From the sequence record PV764602.1: a stretch of DNA of 64,000 nucleotides. The stretch is one strand, 5' to 3'. Each line of letters starts with the position of its first letter. Position 1 is the stretch's first letter. The notes below the pieces were generated by a model, which was not told where the DNA came from, ran no database searches, and saw only the letters and a program-made list of their open reading frames with translations. Positions 27,991 to 38,198 of this stretch are shown one piece after another. A program made the translations under genes and the position numbers.

Positions 27991-28011
27991 ACCATCAAGA
28001 GGTAATTCTAC

Positions 28012-28527
28012 ATGGCCCGTACTTGGGTACTTCAAGACCTCGCCGGATTGCCGGATCCGCTTCAGCCGTACAACTTCGACCTGTCCATCCCCAACGTACC
28101 GGGTGGTGGTAATGGTTACCAGTTGATGCTGCGCTGCGCGTCCGCCACCCTGCCGGGTCACGCTAACGAGGATGGTATCCTGCCACTGCGTGGTTCGGAA
28201 ATCACCTACGCTGGTCGTCCGCTGTGGGAACACGCGTTCAACCCCACGTTCTCTGAACACCGCGATATGGTTTCCCGTCAGTCGCTGCTGAACTGGATTC
28301 TGTACGCACGCGACAACCGCACCAGCCCGACTGCTGGTGCGTACATGACGAACTATAAGACCATTGGCGACCTCATCATCTACGATGACATTGGTAAAGA
28401 AATTCGTCGTATCCGACTCCACGGTCTGTGGTGTCAGAGCTTGCAGGAAGCGCAGCTTGAATCGCAGGGTAGCGGCCCGGTGATGCTCGGCGCTTCGTTC
28501 CGTTACGATTGGTTTGAAGACCTGTAA
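28012..28527 (+). CDS. Tail tube protein (T4 gp19-like)
   Basis: DPLQPYNFDL, CASATLPG, YAGRPLW, ASFRYDWF; follows the sheath gene. Confidence 0.85.
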   Translation: MARTWVLQDLAGLPDPLQPYNFDLSIPNVPGGGNGYQLMLRCASATLPGHANEDGILPLRGSEITYAGRPLWEHAFNPTFSEHRDMVSRQSLLNWILYARDNRTSPTAGAYMTNYKTIGDLIIYDDIGKEIRRIRLHGLWCQSLQEAQLESQGSGPVMLGASFRYDWFEDL

Positions 28528-28543
28528 CCAATCAGGCACGTCG

Positions 28544-28574
28544 AAGGGGCCGTAGGTAACACTACGGCCCTTTT
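28544..28574 (+). terminator. Intrinsic terminator after the tube gene
   Basis: AAGGGGCCGTAG-GTAACA-CTACGGCCC-TTTT. Confidence 0.8.
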
Positions 28575-28609
28575 CTGATTCAGGCACTCCAAACCACTGA
28601 GGTAACAGC

Positions 28610-29464
28610 ATGGCGTTCTCTCTAAAGCTACCGGGTGTGGAAGCACTCGGAAAACAAGTTGCTGGCTTCGCTGGTGGTGTCGCCAAGCAGATCGGTGGCA
28701 ATCTTCTCGCTCCAATCGCTAACCTTACTTCCGGCAACGGTGGTTACTCAAAGGTTCCTTCGGGCGGCCAGATCGGTGACTACGTTGGTGGCCTGCTTAG
28801 TAACGCAGCCAAGAACAAGTATCGTGAAGTAACTGGAGACTTGGTTAACAAGATCGGTAGTAAGGTAGGCAAGCAGCTTGCAGGTGCGTTGTTCTCTAAC
28901 GTGTTGTCTACCGGCTATGGAACTGGTCAGTTGAAGGAGCTTGTAGCCCGAGGTGATCCGCACCTTCTCATCGACTGGTCCATCATCATGCCTAGCCTCA
29001 AAGGTGCGAATGGTCTGTCGGATTCCTTGGTTGAGTCGATTGACTTTAGTGCTCCTAGCTATGGCACACGCCGCATCCAGTTGGGCACCACTCACGTGAA
29101 CTATCCTGGGTATAAGGAAAATTCACCAATCAACATTGTCTTTGCGGAAGACACTGACCACACGGTATCACAGTACCTTAATTGGTGGCGGTCGTGTATT
29201 CGTGACGTTGACGGCACTTACTCCTATCCGCAGTCGTACAAAGCGGACATCAACGTCCTAGCTCTAACTCCAGATGGCAAGGTCGCAGCGATGATGACTT
29301 TGCTCGGTTGTTACCCCGACGGTCCCTTGTCTTATCCGTATGCCTCGGGCACATCTGAATACCTCCGGTTGCATCAGTCGTTCGCATGCGACCATGTTGC
29401 CTTCTCGTACCCCAACTCGGGTACGGTGAGTGTAGGTAATGCACAGACGATTCCCAGTACCTGA
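28610..29464 (+). CDS. Tube-like baseplate/tail-initiator protein (gp54-like)
   Basis: C-terminal tube-fold pattern (DPHLLIDW, YLNWWRSCI, LLGCYP); Gly-rich N-terminus. Confidence 0.65.
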   Translation: MAFSLKLPGVEALGKQVAGFAGGVAKQIGGNLLAPIANLTSGNGGYSKVPSGGQIGDYVGGLLSNAAKNKYREVTGDLVNKIGSKVGKQLAGALFSNVLSTGYGTGQLKELVARGDPHLLIDWSIIMPSLKGANGLSDSLVESIDFSAPSYGTRRIQLGTTHVNYPGYKENSPINIVFAEDTDHTVSQYLNWWRSCIRDVDGTYSYPQSYKADINVLALTPDGKVAAMMTLLGCYPDGPLSYPYASGTSEYLRLHQSFACDHVAFSYPNSGTVSVGNAQTIPST

Positions 29465-29515
29465 GCATCCTCAAGCAAATAACCACCACATAAGGAACCA
29501 AGAAAGGTAACGATT

Positions 29516-29896
29516 ATGCGTGAGATTGCAGCACTCAGCAAAGAGACTTTTCGTAACTGGCCCATCGAGCGTCGGGAAGCCTATCTCAAGGCTCACCCGA
29601 ACAGCAAGTTCCATTACCATGAATTGATTGAGCGCAAGGGCGTCAAGCTCCCTGCGACCACTCCTAAGCTTGGTACAAACTGGGCTGAGCACGCACGCTA
29701 TCCAGACCCGGATCACCATCGCCGCCACGCGAAGGCACATGCTATCGCGGCGGAGCATATCAAGGAACAGGCAAAGAAGCACCGGGCTCATACCCCTGCC
29801 TACCATGATTTGCTGGAGCAGGCATCCCTGCGCCTCAAATGGAAGGAACGGCACGAAAAGCTCTACAAGAAGCTGGCCGACGATCTACTGAAGTAA
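29516..29896 (+). CDS. Basic His-rich protein, probable internal head protein
   Basis: YLKAHPNSKF motif and HHRRHAKAH. Confidence 0.55.
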   Translation: MREIAALSKETFRNWPIERREAYLKAHPNSKFHYHELIERKGVKLPATTPKLGTNWAEHARYPDPDHHRRHAKAHAIAAEHIKEQAKKHRAHTPAYHDLLEQASLRLKWKERHEKLYKKLADDLLK

Positions 29897-29925
29897 CACT
29901 CACTTGATTTCCTGGACTACAACCC

Positions 29926-30996
29926 ATGACCTCCAAGAACGAACTGCCTGCACGCAAGCGCAAACTTGCGTTCACTGTTACCACCAAGACGGCGGAAGGT
30001 GAGACTATTGCCGAAAGCCGTCCCCGTCAAGACCCTCCAAAGCCAGCTGCCCCGCCGCCGATGGGCGGTCAGTCGGGCGGCCGTATGAAGGTAGCACTGC
30101 CTACTGTAGCAGAGGAAGAACGCGAAGCCACTCTCGCCGATTCGGACTCACGCTATATCGAAATCGACCACCTGCCTAGCGGCGGTGTGTTCTATCCCTT
30201 CGAGCGTCTGAGTATTCGCCGCCTCGGCGTACCCGAGGTACGCAAGGCGTATCAGGCTCACATGACCAAGAGCTTCCGCACCTTCGTGCAGATTCTCACT
30301 CCTAGCATCGACCGCGATGCTTACTCGTTGACCATTGGTGATTTCTGGTACCTGATGTACTTCCATCAGAGTAACAGCTACCCGAAGTCTCCTGCTACCA
30401 TGTCGTTTGAGTGTATGGGCAAGGAGCATCTGGAGAAGGTCAAGAACGGCGAACTTGAGCCCGAAACCCTCCGTCAGAAGATGGAAGTGCGCTACAAGGA
30501 ATTGAAAGAGCATTCCATCAACGAGGAAATCGGTTACCAGCTTGCTGAACTGATTAGTGAAGTACGTGAACGCTTCAACGTTACTCTGTATCCCCCGACG
30601 GTTCAGGACACGATTGAAATGGTTGAAGAAATGGAAGCGCTCGATGAGAAGGCTCTGAACGCCTCGTCTTCGGACAAGCTTGCTACTTCGGCTCTCGACT
30701 TCGTGCGCAACAAGAGCGCATACGCTGATCTTGAATGGATCAACGAGTACGCCTCCTACCTGCACCCGGCCATACACGGCACTTCCATCAAGCAGCGTAG
30801 GGAGTTCCTTGATTCGCTGGACAACGACATGCTTGAACTGTTCGATTACATCGACCGCTTCAAGAAGCTGTCCCAGCACGGCATTGTGGAAACTGTCAAA
30901 ACTAAGTGTACGGTGTGCGCGGCTGAGAGGATGGTTCCGACCTCCCTCTCGGCCGCCATGTTTCTTCCCGATCTACAGCGAGCAAAGCTTGCTTGA
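29926..30996 (+). CDS. Baseplate hub assembly/tail chaperone (T4 gp26-like)
   Basis: LPSGGVFYP, LTIGDFWYL and C-terminal CTVC; upstream of the tape measure gene. Confidence 0.7.
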   Translation: MTSKNELPARKRKLAFTVTTKTAEGETIAESRPRQDPPKPAAPPPMGGQSGGRMKVALPTVAEEEREATLADSDSRYIEIDHLPSGGVFYPFERLSIRRLGVPEVRKAYQAHMTKSFRTFVQILTPSIDRDAYSLTIGDFWYLMYFHQSNSYPKSPATMSFECMGKEHLEKVKNGELEPETLRQKMEVRYKELKEHSINEEIGYQLAELISEVRERFNVTLYPPTVQDTIEMVEEMEALDEKALNASSSDKLATSALDFVRNKSAYADLEWINEYASYLHPAIHGTSIKQRREFLDSLDNDMLELFDYIDRFKKLSQHGIVETVKTKCTVCAAERMVPTSLSAAMFLPDLQRAKLA

Positions 30997-30997
30997 A

Positions 30998-31150
30998 ATG
31001 CAGATGCAGATCGAAGCTTACCTAAACGTGACGATTGACAAGGACATGGAGTTCCGTGCCTTGTATTATCGCTACGCCAAGGTGAAAGAAGAACTGCGGA
31101 AGCAAGAGGAAGAAAATAAGCGCCGCCAGCAATCTAGAGGACAACGGTAA
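30998..31150 (+). CDS. Small chaperone-like ORF (gp51/gpT-like); possible +1 frameshift extension of the upstream gene
   Basis: Frame open from 30680; ATG 1 nt after the upstream stop; ends 2 nt before the tape measure gene. Confidence 0.55.
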   Translation: MQMQIEAYLNVTIDKDMEFRALYYRYAKVKEELRKQEEENKRRQQSRGQR

Positions 31151-31152
31151 TC

Positions 31153-33918
31153 ATGGCAAAGCGCCCTCCTAGCAAGCCCATCAAGGGCAAAGTCAAAACC
31201 AAGCTGCTGGATCAGCCGCCTGTACGAAAGGCCATCCCGAAGACTGCCGGTAGGGCCTTGAACAACGACAAGATCAAGGTATCGGCGCAGTTGAAGAAGC
31301 CTACCGAAGCTGCGAAGCGTGCTGCCAAGGCGAACAAGAAGGCAATCGTCAAGCCGGTTCCACCCCCTATCGACCCACGACTGCTAGGTAAGAACGGGCG
31401 CCCGCTTGTCGGTGCTGCACTCAAGATGCGCCTTGACAAGATCAGGGCCACGGGCGCACGCCCTCCTGAATCTCCGCCGCTTGATAAGAACGGGCGTCCA
31501 CTAGCAGGCAACGCCCTTCGCATGTGGCAGATGAAGAAGGACCGGGAGTACGCCGCTGCACGTGAGCACGCAATTCGCAATCTGAAAATCACTGCACCTC
31601 AGGAAGAGACCGATCCTATCGGGGTGGCCGCAGCCGCTTCAATTCAACAGCAGCTGGCAGGCGACCTTGACCCGGAAGAGCAGCATCGACTTCGGCAGAT
31701 GGAACTGCGTGATCGCATGCGCATGGCCAAGTTCAACATCCGAGTACGTGCTCGAAAGGCTGCTGAGAAGCAACAGCAGATGGCCGAACAAGCTCAGATG
31801 GAAAACACAGCGCAGTCTATGCGTGAACGTGTGGAAGAGTGGCGCATCAATCGAGGAGACAACTACGCAGCCTCGGACTACGAGACGGAAGTGGCAGACA
31901 CTGCTACCGCGCTCGACAACTGGACTGGCCCTATTGTCCAGAGCCCTGCTGACATTGAACACCCGTCCGCACCTTCTTCTGCACCCCGACGTCGTAGTAA
32001 GCGAGGCTGGCGTCCTAGCAGCTGGCAAGCACGTGGTTACCCGAAGCCTTGGGAAGACCCCGAGCAGGTTGCATTGATGGAAGAGGCTGGCGTTCCACCG
32101 GACTCCCCGACTACCAACCCGCGCCAGCGCGATGAGAAGATCACGCAGAGCGAAATTGAAGCGGCTGAAAAGATTTCCGAAGTCATTGGCGACAAGATCG
32201 AAGAAGTCATCGAAACCAAGCGCTCTAAGCGCAAGGTCGAAGACGCAGAAGCCCCTGATGATCCAGAACACGTCATCATTGAACCGAAGGACAACAAGGA
32301 ATTGTTCAACGGTCTGGACAACATCGGTAACGTTGGTCAGGACTTAGCAGACACCATGTCCGAGCAATTCAAGCAGGAGGAACGCCACCGTCGTCGCGCT
32401 GAATTGGATCGTAAGCGCAAGGCTAGCAGGGATGACGATTTCGGCATGCCTTCGGGATTCCGCAACGCAGCTGCTATCGCTGCCGCAGGCCCCAAGCAGC
32501 TTCTGAGCGAAGTCGGTAACGTGCTCAAGAGCCTCGTTGGTGTTGGTGGTATCCTCGGAACCCTGTGGGCGGTTCGTGAGAACTTCGACCGCGCTCCCCG
32601 AGTGATGAATTCTATCACCAAGGGCTTTAAGGGATTGATGGCGAGCGCTTACGACTTGGTAGGTATGCACGATGAAGCAGACGCTCTCCGTGCAGAAGCT
32701 GACGCGATTCAAGACAAAGACCTTGCTTCGGGTAAGGACGCTGCTGTCGTTGGTGGTACTGTTGCAGGTGCTTCATTGTTTACGCGTCCGGGACGCTGGC
32801 TTGCAGGTAAGCTGATGCGTGGCGGCTGGCGCGCAGGTGGTAGTCTTCTGGGCCGTGCCGCTACTCTGGCACGTGCTAACCCTTGGGTGGCTGGTGCTAT
32901 GGCCATGTTCCATACCGAAGACCTCGGTGGTCCTGAACGTGCTGATGGTACTCGCTCCGATGAAATGCCACTGGCCATGCCAATGCGTACTCCGCAGCAG
33001 CTAGAAGCCGACTTCAACAGCACCGATCCTAAGCGTCGTGAATATGCTGCGCGTGTGCGTGTTGCGCAGAAGTATTGGGATGACAAGAATCGGACGTACA
33101 CCGTAGACAAGGGCGCGTTTGACGCAGAAGTAAGGGCGCTCTTGCGAGGCGATGATACTTCGGGGTGGAACTCGGCACGTGCTTCTAGTGGCGCAGGTAA
33201 CTTCTCTATCTCACAAGGCCAACGTGACCTTATGAGCGGTACGTACCAAGCTTTCCGTAAGGCGGGCCTCTCCCATGAGGGTGCACTGGCTCACACGGCT
33301 GAGATTGGACGGGAAGGTGCCTTCCTCGGTAAGAACGTATTCGGTAGTCATGTCGATCCTGCTAATGGCGCGACCAACGTTGGCTTCATGAGTTGGCAAG
33401 GCTCTCGGGGTAAGGCACTTATGGCCCGTTTGCAGTCTAAGGGAATGCTCAACTCTGACGGTAGCATTATCCCAAGTCAGGCAGCCCTAGATGAAATGGC
33501 TCAGTTCTCCGTTGATGAAATGGCGAATGGCTCCAAGGATCAGCAGGCAACTCTTGATTACTTGAAGCGTGACAACATCAGTTCTAACCGGGCGATGGAT
33601 ATGCTTGGTGAGAACCACATCAAGTGGCGCATCAACGATCCTAAGTATCGTGCTTCGGGTATCCGTAATCGTACTGGCTACTATAACGAGGCCAGTAAGC
33701 TCATGGGTCAGGGCACCATGCAGCAGATTCCTAACGAGGTTACTCCGTTCCAGTCCAAGGAATCGGTGCAACCCCAGCAAGACTGGAATCAGATGAAGCG
33801 TGATATGGGCCTCAGTGCAACGCCGTTCCCCTCCAACCGTGGCGAAATGCCTAGTCTTAGTTCCAGCTACATTGATGACATGCTGCTTGTTGGCATCAAT
33901 GGCGGTCTCATCACTTGA
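31153..33918 (+). CDS. Tape-measure-like protein with C-terminal phage tail lysozyme domain
   Basis: Gly/Ala helical middle; FRKAGLSHEGALAHTAEIGRE...VGFMSWQGSRGKAL lysozyme motif; position after the chaperones. Confidence 0.75.
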   Translation: MAKRPPSKPIKGKVKTKLLDQPPVRKAIPKTAGRALNNDKIKVSAQLKKPTEAAKRAAKANKKAIVKPVPPPIDPRLLGKNGRPLVGAALKMRLDKIRATGARPPESPPLDKNGRPLAGNALRMWQMKKDREYAAAREHAIRNLKITAPQEETDPIGVAAAASIQQQLAGDLDPEEQHRLRQMELRDRMRMAKFNIRVRARKAAEKQQQMAEQAQMENTAQSMRERVEEWRINRGDNYAASDYETEVADTATALDNWTGPIVQSPADIEHPSAPSSAPRRRSKRGWRPSSWQARGYPKPWEDPEQVALMEEAGVPPDSPTTNPRQRDEKITQSEIEAAEKISEVIGDKIEEVIETKRSKRKVEDAEAPDDPEHVIIEPKDNKELFNGLDNIGNVGQDLADTMSEQFKQEERHRRRAELDRKRKASRDDDFGMPSGFRNAAAIAAAGPKQLLSEVGNVLKSLVGVGGILGTLWAVRENFDRAPRVMNSITKGFKGLMASAYDLVGMHDEADALRAEADAIQDKDLASGKDAAVVGGTVAGASLFTRPGRWLAGKLMRGGWRAGGSLLGRAATLARANPWVAGAMAMFHTEDLGGPERADGTRSDEMPLAMPMRTPQQLEADFNSTDPKRREYAARVRVAQKYWDDKNRTYTVDKGAFDAEVRALLRGDDTSGWNSARASSGAGNFSISQGQRDLMSGTYQAFRKAGLSHEGALAHTAEIGREGAFLGKNVFGSHVDPANGATNVGFMSWQGSRGKALMARLQSKGMLNSDGSIIPSQAALDEMAQFSVDEMANGSKDQQATLDYLKRDNISSNRAMDMLGENHIKWRINDPKYRASGIRNRTGYYNEASKLMGQGTMQQIPNEVTPFQSKESVQPQQDWNQMKRDMGLSATPFPSNRGEMPSLSSSYIDDMLLVGINGGLIT

Positions 33919-33926
33919 GGTAACAC

Positions 33927-34991
33927 ATGGGATTTTCTATCGGCGGTTTTGTAAAGTCGGCCTCGACTTCTGTGGCCAACTACGCCACCAACACTGCAAA
34001 GGGAGCGATCAACAAAGCTTACGGGTCTGTCACCGAAGCACTCAACCGATCCATCGGTATTGGTGGTAGCCCACTTGAGCAGCGTAAGCTGGCAGATCAG
34101 AATGCGAGTAGCGAGTTGCAGCAAGCCTACACCCCGAACGCCGCGTATCAAGTTATCTTGAGCGCGGACACGGATAACGGCGAGCCCCTAATCGTCTCCG
34201 GCTGGTATGGAGCGGAGACGCTCAACTTCAGTTTTGGTGGTAGCTATGATGCACCATTTGCTCAGGGCCTCCTGAGCATGATGGGCGGTCCAACTCTGGA
34301 AACCATTGCACGTCTGAACGGCGTGCAGTCGGTTACCAAAGATATGACTGCACAGATTTGGCAAGGCGCTACCCGTATCGCCGTGGACATTCCGTTGGTG
34401 ATCGCAGCACAGTACGATGGCGAGCAGGAAATCATGCAGACCATCAACAGCTTGGCCCGTATGGCACTCCCCTCTGAAACTGAAAGTGGCTTCCTCCGCG
34501 CCCCGGGTCCTCGCCCAAATCTGAATCGGGCAGTTGACAACATTGGTGACACCTTCAACAACATTTCCACTGGCTTCAAGGACTTCGCTAAGGAAGCTGC
34601 TTCGGGTGGACTCAATAAGCAGTCCCTGACGCAGGTTCTTTCCGGCGGTCCCAATAGTCTGCTTGGTGCGAGTGCTGAATTCATTGGCTCGCCCGTGCGT
34701 GAAGTGGAGGGCAACATTGCGTTGAAGATCGGTAACATCCTGCACCTAGAGAGTGTGGTGGTTGAGAGCATCAGTCCGACTATCGAATGGCAGTTGGATG
34801 GACGAGGTAAGCCCATGTTTGCAACCATCAACATTCACGTGAGTACGTTCAAAATTCCTACGGCAGAGGAAATGACCAACATCCTCATGCTCAGTGCTCC
34901 CACTCCTAGCCGTGCGCAGAACCAGCAGTCTCAGAACTTCGGTTCGATTGACCTGTTTGGCAACAACATGCAAGATTTCATCGGAGGGTAA
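33927..34991 (+). CDS. Baseplate tube-cap/initiator protein (gp48-like)
   Basis: AQIWQG, FLRAPGP, ESVVVESIS and PMFATINIHVST; follows the tape measure gene. Confidence 0.6.
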   Translation: MGFSIGGFVKSASTSVANYATNTAKGAINKAYGSVTEALNRSIGIGGSPLEQRKLADQNASSELQQAYTPNAAYQVILSADTDNGEPLIVSGWYGAETLNFSFGGSYDAPFAQGLLSMMGGPTLETIARLNGVQSVTKDMTAQIWQGATRIAVDIPLVIAAQYDGEQEIMQTINSLARMALPSETESGFLRAPGPRPNLNRAVDNIGDTFNNISTGFKDFAKEAASGGLNKQSLTQVLSGGPNSLLGASAEFIGSPVREVEGNIALKIGNILHLESVVVESISPTIEWQLDGRGKPMFATINIHVSTFKIPTAEEMTNILMLSAPTPSRAQNQQSQNFGSIDLFGNNMQDFIGG

Positions 34992-34994
34992 CGC

Positions 34995-35384
34995 ATGAAC
35001 CAGTACAAGCAGCGTACCTATATCCCGGTGACGACTGTTCCTGTGGACGTGAAGGGTAGCGAGACTGAGCAGCTGCTGGATTATCTGGCAAGCTCGATGA
35101 ACAATCCTCAGTTCCGATTGTCGAAACAGATTCCTGTCAGCACTCCTGAAATGATTACTCCGAAATACGAGTTTTCGCCGGAGATCATGAGCTATGACAA
35201 GTACGGTACTGAGTATCTGTGGTGGGTGCTATGCAGGTACAACGGCATCATCCATCCCCTCCACCCCATCCTCGGCTTCGTCGCTGGTAATTGGGTCAAC
35301 GTTCCTAGCGCTGCTGACGTTACGCAGTGGCTCAAGAACATCGGTCTTGACCAGCAACAAATTTCCCGTCTAGTAAGGGTCTAA
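34995..35384 (+). CDS. Baseplate wedge protein (gp53/LysM-like)
   Basis: ISYxxYG-type MSYDKYGTEYLWWVLCRYNGIIHP motif. Confidence 0.75.
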   Translation: MNQYKQRTYIPVTTVPVDVKGSETEQLLDYLASSMNNPQFRLSKQIPVSTPEMITPKYEFSPEIMSYDKYGTEYLWWVLCRYNGIIHPLHPILGFVAGNWVNVPSAADVTQWLKNIGLDQQQISRLVRV

Positions 35385-35385
35385 C

Positions 35386-36513
35386 ATGCTCAAGTATGAC
35401 AACGGGCTGGAATTGGACGTTACCATTGGTGGCGTCCAGCTTCCTGACAATGAGTTCTCGTTTCACCACCTGTCCCTAGTCAGTGACACTCGGTATTTCT
35501 TGCCGATGATGTTCATGCAGTTCGCTGACCAAGGCGACATTCTTCGGAAGGCTGGCGTTACCCTGTTTGACGCCGTACCCATTGTCATTAGCTTGGGCAC
35601 TGGCGATCAGAAAAGGAACTACGAGTTCCGCCTCCACCGTCCTGAGCAAGTCACCAGCGGCAACCTGACCATCTACAAAATGAGCGGGTATCTAGATGCC
35701 CCCAAGTACCTAGCTGAGTCTCAGAACATTGGCTACACGGGTACTAGCTCTGAAATCATCAGTCAAATCGGTGAACGTAGCGGCCTCACGCCACAGGTTG
35801 AGGATACCACCGACAACCAACGATGGTGGCAGGCCAACCGCCGCAATGCTGAGTTCGTTCGCTACATGGCCCAGCATGGATACAAGTCAGATGATTCCCT
35901 CATGTGTACGGGTGTGCGCTTCGACCGCTCCTTGCGATACATGGACCTGAACGCCATCGAGCCGCGAGATATGTGGCTGAGTTACACAAAGATGGACCAA
36001 AACGTCGTTACAATCGTTGACCACCGATTTAACGATCCTATGGGTGGGAATAATTTGATTAGGGGATACAGGAGTCGCACGGTAGATCAGAAGGTCAACA
36101 CTCCTGACACCAACTACAACGACACCACCATCAATCCCCGTGCTTCTACCGTGAGCATGAACCTGGACCTACAATCGCAGATTCAGCGAGGCAAGGTCGA
36201 GTTCTCACCGCTGTACGCTCCGGGTCAGGTGCACGATAACTGGGCCAAGGCCCGCCACCAAAACCTGCGCGGTCGCTATCTCAACAATTCGATCTGCGTT
36301 GCGCTGACCACTAACCAATCTAATCTGGACCTGTTTGATAGTGTCAAGATTGACAGCAGCTTGTCGATCCGAGACAACACCATCGGCGATGGTCAGAACA
36401 ACAGTCGGGAAGGTCAGTACATTGTGGCAGGCAAGGAGATCATGCTTGTCGGTCGCAACTACGGCGAGAAGATCAAACTGATGCGCGGCGGTATGAACGG
36501 AGAGAGTCAATGA
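35386..36513 (+). CDS. Baseplate hub protein (gp27/gpD-like)
   Basis: Size and position between gp53-like and spike genes; WWQANRRNAEFVRYMA. Confidence 0.65.
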   Translation: MLKYDNGLELDVTIGGVQLPDNEFSFHHLSLVSDTRYFLPMMFMQFADQGDILRKAGVTLFDAVPIVISLGTGDQKRNYEFRLHRPEQVTSGNLTIYKMSGYLDAPKYLAESQNIGYTGTSSEIISQIGERSGLTPQVEDTTDNQRWWQANRRNAEFVRYMAQHGYKSDDSLMCTGVRFDRSLRYMDLNAIEPRDMWLSYTKMDQNVVTIVDHRFNDPMGGNNLIRGYRSRTVDQKVNTPDTNYNDTTINPRASTVSMNLDLQSQIQRGKVEFSPLYAPGQVHDNWAKARHQNLRGRYLNNSICVALTTNQSNLDLFDSVKIDSSLSIRDNTIGDGQNNSREGQYIVAGKEIMLVGRNYGEKIKLMRGGMNGESQ

Positions 36514-37247
36514 GTATCGGTATGGGCGTCCGTGAATCGGACAGCTACAAGGGCATTATTTTCTATGGCAAGGTAGTGGACAACAATGACCCCGAACAGC
36601 TACGGCGTGTACGTGTCCATATCCCCGAGGTCTACGGTGATACCCCTCCCGAGGAATTGCCGTGGGCCTTCCCCAAATGTCCTCCTAGCGGCACTGGCCA
36701 AAGTAGCACCTTCGGTAGCTACGGTGTGTTGGACGTAGACAGCGAAGTATGGGTGGAGTTCCAGCAAGGCGATCCCCACTTCCCTATGGTGATTGGCGTA
36801 GCCTTGCGCGCCGACCTTCGGAAGCAGACTGAGCTAGTCAACTATCCTCACCGCTACGGCCTTGACGATTCCAAGGGTAACTGGATCATCGTTGACAAGC
36901 TGACAGGCGACGTGGAGATTGGCCACTTCTCTGACACCCGTGTACGCATCGAGCCTAATGGTAACCTGCACATCACTTCGGTAGCCAATCAAACGATCAC
37001 GGTTGAGCAAAATCAAGAGACCGAAATCAAGGGTAACGCTACTGTGCAGGTGAAGGGTAACGTCAACGTTACCGTTAACGGCAATGCGGAAATGAAGGTC
37101 GATGGGGCTATGAAGGCTAACATCGGTCAGAACCTCCAAGCTACTGTGGGCGGTAGTGCCACTGCCCAGGTTACTGGCCCCGCCACCATCAATTCAGCAG
37201 TCAAGATTTCGCTCAACGCACCAACGGTAAGTATCAACGGAGCATAA
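36510..37247 (+). CDS. Central baseplate spike (gp5/gpV OB-fold plus beta-helix)
   Basis: GKVVDNNDPEQLRRVRVHIP, LPWAFP and VWVEFQQGDPHFP; 8-residue VxGN repeats. Confidence 0.88.
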   Translation: MSIGMGVRESDSYKGIIFYGKVVDNNDPEQLRRVRVHIPEVYGDTPPEELPWAFPKCPPSGTGQSSTFGSYGVLDVDSEVWVEFQQGDPHFPMVIGVALRADLRKQTELVNYPHRYGLDDSKGNWIIVDKLTGDVEIGHFSDTRVRIEPNGNLHITSVANQTITVEQNQETEIKGNATVQVKGNVNVTVNGNAEMKVDGAMKANIGQNLQATVGGSATAQVTGPATINSAVKISLNAPTVSINGA

Positions 37248-37248
37248 G

Positions 37249-38181
37249 ATGGGAACGATCACCATTTCAGTGACAGAGCCTTTGCCTACGTTCGACAGTC
37301 TGTATCAGGCAATGCTCCCGAATCTGACGTTCCCTCCGACCGGATTCCAGTGGCCACCCGCCCTCCCCGGTATCCCCACTATGTTTCCCTCTATCAGCTG
37401 CCCTAACATGAGTGGTGTCATGGCGATGGGCCAGTTGATGACCGAGCAGTTGCTCACGTCTGCGTTCATGATGATTAAGCCTATCTCAGAATTCCTAGGC
37501 TTGGCAATGTCTGCCATCCCCAAGATTCCCATCCTGAACATTGGCGTAGATCAGTTGCTCACTATGTCGGGTGATGATTTGATCGCGGCAGCAAAGGGCG
37601 CAATGCCTTCGCTACCTAACCTCTACTTCTCCCTCGACATACCGGACATCAACGTCGTGCAGTGGCTGACGCAGCTGAAGTCTAGCTACCTTATGTCACT
37701 AGCCGGGTACTTGCAAAACATCATTAAGCAGGTGACAGACAAGATCAAGATTCCGGGCATGCCCACGTTGCCTACCATCCCCACGATGGAAGACGTGAAG
37801 CAAATGCTGATAGATCAGATTCCCCCTCCGATCAATGACCTTCGCAACGTTGACCTCAACGCGCTATTGGCCAACATCAGCATCCCAGGCATCCCCTTCG
37901 TTTTCTCCCTGCCGTCGCCTTTCATCCCTAACATTTCGATGCCTGAGATTGACTTCAACGAAATGATTTCGGGACTGTACAATAGCATCGTCATGATGCC
38001 GATGAAGACAATGCAGGACTTCATCATGGACAAACTAAGTAGTGTGATTTCCCTCCAGCTGCCTACGCTGGTTTTGGTCATTCCCACTATTGAGATTCCC
38101 ATTCCGGAAATCCCAATCCCTGTTATCCCGCCGCTGCCTAGCATCCCGGACCTGCCTCCGCTCACCATCCCTGTACCTTGA
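37249..38181 (+). CDS. Pro/Ile/Met-rich hydrophobic protein following the spike
   Basis: About 45 Pro in 310 aa, in (I/L/M)-P-x triads. Confidence 0.7.
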   Translation: MGTITISVTEPLPTFDSLYQAMLPNLTFPPTGFQWPPALPGIPTMFPSISCPNMSGVMAMGQLMTEQLLTSAFMMIKPISEFLGLAMSAIPKIPILNIGVDQLLTMSGDDLIAAAKGAMPSLPNLYFSLDIPDINVVQWLTQLKSSYLMSLAGYLQNIIKQVTDKIKIPGMPTLPTIPTMEDVKQMLIDQIPPPINDLRNVDLNALLANISIPGIPFVFSLPSPFIPNISMPEIDFNEMISGLYNSIVMMPMKTMQDFIMDKLSSVISLQLPTLVLVIPTIEIPIPEIPIPVIPPLPSIPDLPPLTIPVP

Positions 38182-38198
38182 TTCATTGGAGAATCTAT

